Origin: Anaeromyxobacteraceae bacterium
Lineage (GTDB): Bacteria > Myxococcota > Myxococcia > Myxococcales > Anaeromyxobacteraceae
DNA: 64,000 bases
NCBI GenBank assembly: GCA_035455425.1
Contig: DATIFE010000207.1
Coordinates: forward strand, 5,637 to 69,636
Direction: 5' to 3'
Numbering within the stretch: position 1 is the stretch's first letter; each line of letters starts with the position of its first letter. The notes below the pieces were generated by a model. The model made no database searches. It saw only the letters and a program-made list of their open reading frames with translations, and was not told the origin of the DNA. The position numbers and the translations under genes are program-made. This document shows, piece after piece, positions 34,994 to 41,558 of this stretch.

Positions 34994-36415
34994 ATGCCGA
35001 GCCAGCCCACCCCGTCGTTCGTGCGCAGGTCGATCTACGGCCCCGAGCCGAAGCAGCGCGCCGCGTCGCTCCCCGGCCTCGTCGGCCTCGAGATCCGGAG
35101 CCTCTTCCCCGACGTCCCCGAGGCCCTCTACGTCGAGGGCGGGGACTTGTCCGCCGTCCGCGAGGCCACGCGGAACGCCCTGCGGGACGTGCGGATGGAC
35201 ATGATCCGGGAGGGGGACTCGGTCAACATCCTCGCCTCCCAGTACGGCTTCACGCTGATGGGCGGCTACGCCTACGCCGAGATGCTGAAGACCATCAAGG
35301 ACGTGGTCGCGGAGCGGACCGGCTGCAGGAGGATCCGCCTGCGGGTGTGCACCGGGTTCCGGATCCGCGAGCCCGACGAGATCATCCAGCACTACGAGCT
35401 CGACCGGTACTTCCCCCATGCCGCCTCGGCGGTGCGCCCCATCGACAAGGGGGTCGCCATCCAGACGGACATCGGGACCCTGTACGGCGTCGCCAAGGTC
35501 TACGACGCCGACTGGATCATCCACGCGCACCACGGGGAGCTGCGCGAGCTGGACATGCACCGGATGATCAACCGAGCGCACAAGCCGTTCGCCATGTCCT
35601 ACGCCCGGATGGAGACGCGCGCGGTGGCCCACATGAACTTCGGGCCCCGCAGCTCCAACTTCATCGCCAAGGTGATCTTCGATTCCCCCTTCGTGCAGAG
35701 CAAGTTCACCTTCGGCTGCTTCCTCCTCACCTCGCCCCAGGGCATCACCGGCGTCGCCGCCGGGAGCGACCTCGACGCGCTGGATCGGCGGCTCATGCGG
35801 ATCGGCTTCCAGTCCTACGGGAAGATCCGGGAGCTGTTCGCCGAGATCAAGGAGTGCATCGCGGTCCTCGATGCGACCGGCGAGCCGCGCTACATGGTCG
35901 GCGGCGGGATGACCTTCGGGAACGCCACCGAGGCCGAGCTCGACCTCTTCGACCTCGAGGTCATGCCGGTGAGCCTCGGGTTCGGGATCTACGAGCGCCC
36001 CCCGAGCCAGCCCAAGGCGAAGTCGGTCAACCCGGCCCTGCGGGCGCTGGTCATCAACCACATGTGGCTCGGCGTCCCGCAGCTCGAGCTCGCCACGCAC
36101 ATCCCGACCTTCGCCGTGGGGCAGGACATGGCGGCGCTGCTCCGGGACGATCCCATGAACCACGACTTCATGCGCCACTGCGTCACCGCGGAAAATCTGG
36201 AAACCGCGATGAAGTTCGCCCGCGCCATCGCCCGGACCGATCACGTCATGGTCTTCGACGGCAGCTTCGGGAAGATGACCGTGAGCCCCTCCCTGGCGGA
36301 ACACCTGACCGCGCGCGCGCCCGAGGTGAGCCGGCGCGTGGACCAGGAGCTCATGCCCAAGTGGCTGCGGCAGCGGGGCATCGACCCGGCCGCCGCGGCG
36401 GAGGTGGCGACGTGA
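34994..36415 (+). CDS. hypothetical protein (473 aa), no family recognisable by inspection
   Basis: ATG start with GGAGAG upstream. The composition is globular and protein-like with very high GC3. The stop overlaps the next start (GTGA). Notable motifs are RIRLRVCTGFRIREPDEII and DADWIIHAHHGELRELDMH. Confidence 0.75.
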   Translation: MPSQPTPSFVRRSIYGPEPKQRAASLPGLVGLEIRSLFPDVPEALYVEGGDLSAVREATRNALRDVRMDMIREGDSVNILASQYGFTLMGGYAYAEMLKTIKDVVAERTGCRRIRLRVCTGFRIREPDEIIQHYELDRYFPHAASAVRPIDKGVAIQTDIGTLYGVAKVYDADWIIHAHHGELRELDMHRMINRAHKPFAMSYARMETRAVAHMNFGPRSSNFIAKVIFDSPFVQSKFTFGCFLLTSPQGITGVAAGSDLDALDRRLMRIGFQSYGKIRELFAEIKECIAVLDATGEPRYMVGGGMTFGNATEAELDLFDLEVMPVSLGFGIYERPPSQPKAKSVNPALRALVINHMWLGVPQLELATHIPTFAVGQDMAALLRDDPMNHDFMRHCVTAENLETAMKFARAIARTDHVMVFDGSFGKMTVSPSLAEHLTARAPEVSRRVDQELMPKWLRQRGIDPAAAAEVAT

Positions 36416-37257
36416 CCCGCCCCGCTCGCAGGGCCTGGCCCCGGCCGGCCATCGACGTCCGGGAGGAGATTCTGCGGTCGGTCCGCGCCCCCCGCGTCGC
36501 CGCCGCCATCGTGGCCGACCAGGCCGGCGTCATCGCCGGCGTTCCCTCGGCGACGCGGGAGGCGGCGCAGCTCGGCCTCTCGCGCGTGGAGATCGTCGGC
36601 GAGGGCAGCGCGGTCGAGGCGGGCGACGAGATCGCCCGGCTGGCCGGGACGCCGAGGCAGATCGTGATGGCCGAGGACGTTCTCATCGGAGCACTGGCCA
36701 AGCCGTCCGGGATCGCCACCCGGGCGCGCGCCTTCGTGGCGCGGACCAACGGCCGGCCCCGGGTGGTCTCGGGCGGCTGGAAGAAGATGCCGGGAGCCCT
36801 GAAGGAGATGATCCGGAGCGCCGTGTCCGCGGGCGGGGGAGAGCCGCGCATGGTGCCGGGGCCGTTCGCCTACCTGGACAAGAACTACGTCGAGCTCCTG
36901 GGCGGCATCCGCCAGAGCCTGGCGGCGGTGGCGCACCTCGAGGACCTGGCCAAGGTGGTGCAGGTGAAGGGGCGCTACGCCGACGTGGCCACCGAGGCCT
37001 GCCAGGCGGCCGAGCACGGTGCGGACGTGGTCTTCGTCGACACCGGCCGGGCCGAGGACGTCTCGCGCGCCACCGCGGAGCTGGTCCGGCGGGGGCTGCG
37101 GGCCCGGGTGCTGGTGGCGTTCGGCGGGGGGGTGGCCCTCGAGGACCTGGACGCGCTCCGCGGGCTCGACCTCGACATCCTCGACATCGGGCGGCAGATC
37201 GTGGACGCGCCCCTGCTCGACATGCGCCTGGAGATCGTCGAGGAGCGCCGGGCATGA
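36412..37257 (+). CDS. quinolinate/nicotinate-nucleotide phosphoribosyltransferase-fold protein (NadC/ModD-like, divergent motifs)
   Basis: GTG 36412 within ORF 34342..37257 gives 281 aa. The order of segments follows NadC/ModD as I recall them: GVIAGV...EGSAVEAGDEIARLAG, AEDVLIGALAKPSGIATRARAFV, SGGWKKMPGALKEMIRSAVSAGGGEPRM, LDKNY and VVQVK...ADVVFVD. Confidence 0.65.
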   Translation: MTRPARRAWPRPAIDVREEILRSVRAPRVAAAIVADQAGVIAGVPSATREAAQLGLSRVEIVGEGSAVEAGDEIARLAGTPRQIVMAEDVLIGALAKPSGIATRARAFVARTNGRPRVVSGGWKKMPGALKEMIRSAVSAGGGEPRMVPGPFAYLDKNYVELLGGIRQSLAAVAHLEDLAKVVQVKGRYADVATEACQAAEHGADVVFVDTGRAEDVSRATAELVRRGLRARVLVAFGGGVALEDLDALRGLDLDILDIGRQIVDAPLLDMRLEIVEERRA

Positions 37258-38183
37258 AGGGCATGGACGTGGCCGACTACGACCTGATGAACAAGACCGA
37301 GCTGACGATCCGCCGGATCGCCCTGCACAACGCCGACCTGGCGCAGGTGGCCGACGCGGTGGCGGAGACCCTGGGGCTGGAGCGCGGCGACGTGCTGGTC
37401 ACCGACGTCCTCGGGGACCAGGTGGTCATCGACGTCCTGCGGCGCGGCGTCGATCCGCACGCCCTGGTGGGGAAGAGGGAGGAGCTGCAGCGGAGGCTGG
37501 GCCGGATCCCCGGCGTCGCCTGCACCGACGAGACCGAGTTCTTCTCCCGGGGGATGCTGAGCTGGATCGCGCTCGGGTCCGCCGAGGGCGAGGAGATCCT
37601 CCGGCGCTCGGAGGAGATGGCGCAGGAGATCCGGCGCCGGCTGGAGAAGACCGCCCTGGTGTTCTCGACCGGCGGCGAGGTGGCGGGCGGCCAGGTGATG
37701 GACACCAACTCGCCGCTCCTCCGCGAGCGGCTGCAGGCCGCCGGGTACGCGGTGAGGCTCGGCGGCACCCTGGGGGACGACGAGATCCTGATCGCCGCCC
37801 GGCTGGGCCAGGCCGCCGACGACGGGTACGGGCTGGTCCTCACCACCGGCGGGGTGGGAGCGGAGGACAAGGACCGCACCATCGAGGCGGTGCTCCGGGC
37901 GGCCCCCGCCGCCGCCACGCCCCCCGTCGTCCGGTACGAGCTGGGCGTGGGCCGCCACCGGCACAAGGACAGCGTGCGGATCGCGGTCGGGAAGATCGCC
38001 GGCACCCTGGTGGTGGCGCTGCCCGGCCCGAACGACGAGGTGCAGGTGGGCGTCGGCGCCCTCCTGGACGGGCTCGCCGCCGGCGCCGGCGTGGAGGCGC
38101 TGGCGGAGGGGATCGCCGCCCGGCTGCGGGAGCGGCTCCGGCAGAAGCGCGCCGGGATGGCGGGACACGGCGGGGAGCGCTGA
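37254..38183 (+). CDS. MoCF-biosynthesis (MogA/MoaB/CinA N-terminal)-like domain protein with a unique ~130-aa N-terminal region
   Basis: 309 aa. The ATG overlaps the previous stop (ATGA). The C-terminal half has ALVFSTGGEVAGGQVMDTNSPLLRERLQAAGY and LVLTTGGVGAEDKDRTIEAV. These parallel the CinA/MoaB GDELL-GxxxDTN and TGGLGPTxDD segments. Confidence 0.65.
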   Translation: MKGMDVADYDLMNKTELTIRRIALHNADLAQVADAVAETLGLERGDVLVTDVLGDQVVIDVLRRGVDPHALVGKREELQRRLGRIPGVACTDETEFFSRGMLSWIALGSAEGEEILRRSEEMAQEIRRRLEKTALVFSTGGEVAGGQVMDTNSPLLRERLQAAGYAVRLGGTLGDDEILIAARLGQAADDGYGLVLTTGGVGAEDKDRTIEAVLRAAPAAATPPVVRYELGVGRHRHKDSVRIAVGKIAGTLVVALPGPNDEVQVGVGALLDGLAAGAGVEALAEGIAARLRERLRQKRAGMAGHGGER

Positions 38184-38186
38184 CCG

Positions 38187-38276
38187 ATGGCGGACGGCCA
38201 GGGCGCACCCATGGCGCAGGACGGGAAGTCCATCGACGACGAACGCCCGCAGGGCGAGAGCAGGGAGGCGCCGTGA
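38187..38276 (+). CDS. possible 29-codon small ORF (MADGQGAPMAQDGKSIDDERPQGESREAP)
   Basis: ATG 38187 lies 3 nt after the upstream stop, and the TGA at 38274-76 overlaps the GTG start of the next gene (GTGA). 27 of 29 codons end in G or C, whereas the frame of the downstream gene has low GC3 here and no start codon. There is no SD and no homology evidence. Confidence 0.3.
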   Translation: MADGQGAPMAQDGKSIDDERPQGESREAP

Positions 38277-38809
38277 GCGGATCGCTCCTGGAGGAGCTCG
38301 GCTGGACGAAGTACATCGGCAAGGAGACCGGGACGTACACGGGCGAGCCGGTGCTGGCCCGGGACATCCGGCGGTACGCGCTGGCCATCGACGACCCGGA
38401 TCCCGCCTACCGGGATCCGGCCGCCGCCGGGCGATCCCGGCACGGGGGCATCGTCGCCCCCCTCTTCTACGTGACCTGGGCCGTCGGCGTGCCCGGCGCG
38501 GAGAAGAGCGCCCGGGAGCTGGGGGAGGACGGCCTGGCCACGTTCGTGGGCGTCCCCGAGATCCCCAACGTGTGGGACCTGGGGTGGGTGCGCGGCGGGG
38601 AGGAGCTGGAGTTCTTCGGGCGCGTCCGCGTGAACGACCGCGTGACGGTGCGGGGCAAGATCGTCGACATGAAGGAGAAGGAGGGGAAGAGCGGCAAGCT
38701 CATCCTGGTCACCTCCGAGTTCGTCTACACGAACCAGGACGGCGAGCGGCTGGCCACGCACCGCCTCACGATGATCGGGACGCCGAGGAAGGAGTCGCGC
38801 GATGGGTAG
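38273..38809 (+). CDS. MaoC-family dehydratase, N-terminal-type hotdog subunit
   Basis: GTG 38273 lies 5 nt after GGGAGG, within ORF 37019..38809. IRRYALAIDDPDPAYRD, IVAPLFYV and VTVRGKIVDMKEKEGKSGKLILVTSEFVYTNQDG are typical of MaoC_dehydrat_N / FAS1-DH-like proteins. Confidence 0.75.
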   Translation: MSGSLLEELGWTKYIGKETGTYTGEPVLARDIRRYALAIDDPDPAYRDPAAAGRSRHGGIVAPLFYVTWAVGVPGAEKSARELGEDGLATFVGVPEIPNVWDLGWVRGGEELEFFGRVRVNDRVTVRGKIVDMKEKEGKSGKLILVTSEFVYTNQDGERLATHRLTMIGTPRKESRDG

Positions 38810-39242
38810 CCAGGTCTTCTTCGAGGACGTGAGCGAGGGCCAGGAGATCCCGTCCCTGCGGAAGGACGTGTCCACCATCCACATCCTCATGTACGTGGCC
38901 GCGGTGTGGCTCCTGGACCGCATCCACTTCGATCACCCCTTCGCCACCCGGCGGCGCGGCCTCCCCGACGTGGTCGCCCCCGGGAACATGGGGGGCGACT
39001 ACTACGCCCAGCTCCTGAGCGAGTTCGCGGGCGAGGCGGGGCAGGTCCGGAAGATGTCCTTCCAGTTCCGCAACTTCATGCTCGCCGGGGACGTCCTGGA
39101 CGTCGGCGGCCGCGTCGCCAGGAAGTACCTGGGCGACGGCAAGGGGCTCGTCGAGCTGGAGCTGTGGATCAAGAACCAGGGCGGGGTGAACTGCGTGCCC
39201 GGCAAGGGGCTGGTGGCGCTCCCCCTCAGGGCCCGCGGCTGA
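38802..39242 (+). CDS. MaoC-like (R)-specific enoyl-CoA hydratase/dehydratase hotdog subunit
   Basis: 146 aa. The start overlaps the previous gene by 8 nt. DRIHFDHPFATRRRGLPDVVAPGNM and VLDVGGRVARKY...GLVELELWIKNQGG form the MaoC_dehydratas pattern. Confidence 0.8.
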   Translation: MGSQVFFEDVSEGQEIPSLRKDVSTIHILMYVAAVWLLDRIHFDHPFATRRRGLPDVVAPGNMGGDYYAQLLSEFAGEAGQVRKMSFQFRNFMLAGDVLDVGGRVARKYLGDGKGLVELELWIKNQGGVNCVPGKGLVALPLRARG

Positions 39243-39275
39243 CCTCCGCCCGGGGTCCGGCCGCCGGCCCGGCGC

Positions 39276-40166
39276 TCACCGGTCGCCGCGGGCGCTCTCG
39301 GCGATGGCGACCACCGCCGGGTGGCGCAGGCGCCGCTCCACCGAGATGGCGTAGAAGCGCTCGCGGATCTCCTCGGCGCGCCCGACGACGACCACGTCGA
39401 GCTGGGCGCAGATCTCCTTCTCGATCATGGCCGGGGCCGCGAAGAACCCGAGCCCGCGGGCGCCGAAGGCCTGGAGGAGCGCGTCGTCGTCGAACTCGCC
39501 CGCCACGGCGGGCTGCGCGCCCCGCGCCTCGAACCACTCCTCCAGGGCGCGCCGCAGCGCGGTGCCGGGCGCGGGCAGGAGCACCGGCGCGCCCCCGAGT
39601 GACGCCGGGAACCCCTTGCGGAGGCCTGCCATCCGCGGGGACGCCAGGAAGGTCACGCCGCACTCCCCCAGCAGGTGGCTGAAGGCCTTGACCTTGACGG
39701 ACTCGGGCGGGGGGCCGTCCGCCAGCACCACGTCGAGCTCGTGCAGCGCCAGCGAGGCCATGAGCTGCGGCAGGGGGCCCTCCTGGCAGACCAGGCGCAG
39801 GTTCTCGACGGCGGAGACGGCCGACTGGAGCAGGCGCTCGGCCACCATCTTGGGGACGACGTCGGTGACGCCCACCACCAGCGGGATCCGCTCCCGCGTC
39901 TGGACGCCCTTCAGCGCCTGCATGAGCTCGCGCCCGGTGTGGAAGATGTCGTCCGCGTACCGGAGCACGGTGCGGCCGACGTCGGTGAGCACCAGGCTGC
40001 GCCCCTGTCGCTCGAACAGCTTCTGATCCAGCGCGGCCTCCAGCGTCTTGATCTGGTTGGAGATGGTGGGCTGCGACAGGCGCAGCTCGCGGCTCGCCTT
40101 GGCGATGCTGCCCGCCCGGGCCGCCGTCCAGAAGTAGAAGAGGTGGTGGTAGTTGAGCCAGTCCAT
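39276..40166 (-). CDS. LysR family transcriptional regulator (NhaR-like)
   Basis: 296 aa. MDWLNYHHLFYFWTAARAGSIAKASRELRLSQPTISNQIKTLE is the NhaR-type HTH opening. A LysR substrate-binding domain follows. Confidence 0.9.
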   Translation of the reverse strand: MDWLNYHHLFYFWTAARAGSIAKASRELRLSQPTISNQIKTLEAALDQKLFERQGRSLVLTDVGRTVLRYADDIFHTGRELMQALKGVQTRERIPLVVGVTDVVPKMVAERLLQSAVSAVENLRLVCQEGPLPQLMASLALHELDVVLADGPPPESVKVKAFSHLLGECGVTFLASPRMAGLRKGFPASLGGAPVLLPAPGTALRRALEEWFEARGAQPAVAGEFDDDALLQAFGARGLGFFAAPAMIEKEICAQLDVVVVGRAEEIRERFYAISVERRLRHPAVVAIAESARGDR

Positions 40167-40182
40167 TCCTTCAGAATACCTT

Positions 40183-40203
40183 AGATACTCTGCAAAACTA
40201 TCT
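40183..40203. promoter_or_regulatory. LysR-type T-N11-A palindrome in the AT-rich divergent promoter region
   Basis: AGATA-N11-TATCT (40183-40203) lies in the only AT-rich stretch of this part of the window (40167-40241). It sits between the LysR gene and the divergent TerC gene. Confidence 0.4.
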
Positions 40204-40241
40204 CATTTCGGACCGGAGGCCCGCGCCCTAGACAACCCACC

Positions 40242-41204
40242 ATGGAAATCGGCATCTGGGAATGGGCGGCCTTCCTCGGGTTCGTGCTGGCGATGCTGGC
40301 GCTGGACCTGGGCGTCTTCAACCGGAAGGACCACGTCGTGCGCCCGCGCGAGGCCCTCGGCTGGTCGGCGGTCTGGGTCGCGCTGGCCCTGGCGTTCGGG
40401 GGGCTGGTATGGGCCCGCCACGGGAGCGCGCCGGCCCTCGAGTACCTGACGGGCTACGTCATCGAGAAGTCGCTCTCCATCGACAACATCTTCGTGTTCG
40501 CGGTGATCTTCGGCGCCCTGGGGATCCCGCCCCTGTACCAGCACCGGGTGCTGTTCTGGGGCATCGCCTCGGCGCTGGTCCTGCGCGGCGCCATGATCGC
40601 CGGCGGCGCGGCGCTGCTCACCCGCTTCCACGCGGTGGTCTACGTCCTGGGCGGGTTCCTGGTGCTCACGGGCGTGAAGCTCCTGCTCGTCCGCGGCGAC
40701 GCCTCCCATCCCGAGCGGAGCGCCGTGTTCCGGGCGCTCCGGCGGCTCGTGCCGGCGACGCCCCGCCTGGAGGGGAACCGCTTCTTCGTGGTCGAGAACG
40801 GGAAGCGGCTGGCGACGCCGCTCTTCTTCGCGCTCGCGATGGTCGAGCTCACCGACGTGGTCTTCGCGGTGGACTCGATCCCCGCCATCTTCGCGGTGAC
40901 ACGCGATCCGTTCATCGTCTTCACCTCCAACATCTTCGCCATCCTCGGCCTGCGGTCGCTCTACTTCCTGGTGGCGGGCCTGGTCGAGCGGTTCACCTAC
41001 CTGAAGCCGTCGCTGGCGCTGGTGCTGGTGTTCGTCGGAGCCAAGATGGCGCTGGTGGACGTGGTCGAGGTCCACCCCGCCGTGTCGCTGGGGGTGATCG
41101 TGACCATCCTGGCGGGCGGCGCGGTCGCCTCCGTCCTTCGGGCCCGGAGGGCGGAGCGCCGCCCCGTGGCCCCGGCGGCTCCCGTGCGCGCCGGGGGCGC
41201 CTGA
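40242..41204 (+). CDS. TerC/Alx family integral membrane protein
   Basis: 320 aa with EYLTGYVIEKSLSIDNIFVFAVIF and ELTDVVFAVDSIPAIFAVTRDPFIVFTSNIFAILGLRSLYF, the duplicated TerC signature. Confidence 0.9.
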   Translation: MEIGIWEWAAFLGFVLAMLALDLGVFNRKDHVVRPREALGWSAVWVALALAFGGLVWARHGSAPALEYLTGYVIEKSLSIDNIFVFAVIFGALGIPPLYQHRVLFWGIASALVLRGAMIAGGAALLTRFHAVVYVLGGFLVLTGVKLLLVRGDASHPERSAVFRALRRLVPATPRLEGNRFFVVENGKRLATPLFFALAMVELTDVVFAVDSIPAIFAVTRDPFIVFTSNIFAILGLRSLYFLVAGLVERFTYLKPSLALVLVFVGAKMALVDVVEVHPAVSLGVIVTILAGGAVASVLRARRAERRPVAPAAPVRAGGA

Positions 41205-41224
41205 GCGCCCGCCGCGAGGACCCC

Positions 41225-41530
41225 ATGGTCATCGAGGCAAGGGGCAAGGCCGTCGTCGTCCGGCTCGGAGGGCGCTTCGCCGCCCCCGAGGTGAGGCGCC
41301 TCGCCGAGAGCCTGCGGTCGCTCGCGCCGGTGGCCCTCGTGACGCTGGACTTCGGCGCCGTCCGGGAGTTCGACCCGGCCGCCATCGCCCCGCTCGCCGA
41401 GCTCCTGGGGAGCGCGGGCGCCGCCAGGGTCCGCATCCGGGGGCTCACGGCGCACCAGGCCCGCCTGCTCGAGTACTTCGGGCTGCGGGACGGGGCGCGC
41501 GCCCCGGACCCCGGCGGGCGGGCGGGCTAG
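41225..41530 (+). CDS. small STAS-like / anti-sigma-antagonist-like protein
   Basis: ATG 41225 within ORF 40262..41530 gives 101 aa. VVVRLGGRFAAPEVRRLAESL...LVTLDFGAVREFDPAAIAPLAELL...VRIRGL resembles the STAS beta-alpha pattern. The assignment is weak. Confidence 0.45.
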   Translation: MVIEARGKAVVVRLGGRFAAPEVRRLAESLRSLAPVALVTLDFGAVREFDPAAIAPLAELLGSAGAARVRIRGLTAHQARLLEYFGLRDGARAPDPGGRAG

Positions 41531-41558
41531 GGATGCGGCTCGCCCGGGCGCGGGCCCG

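Noticed and set aside
40167-40241. yybP-ykoY (Mn) riboswitch upstream of the TerC/Alx gene.
   Set aside because: The whole intergenic region is only 75 nt and must also hold two divergent promoters. It is AT-rich without the conserved GGGGAGUAG-type core or a four-way-junction potential.
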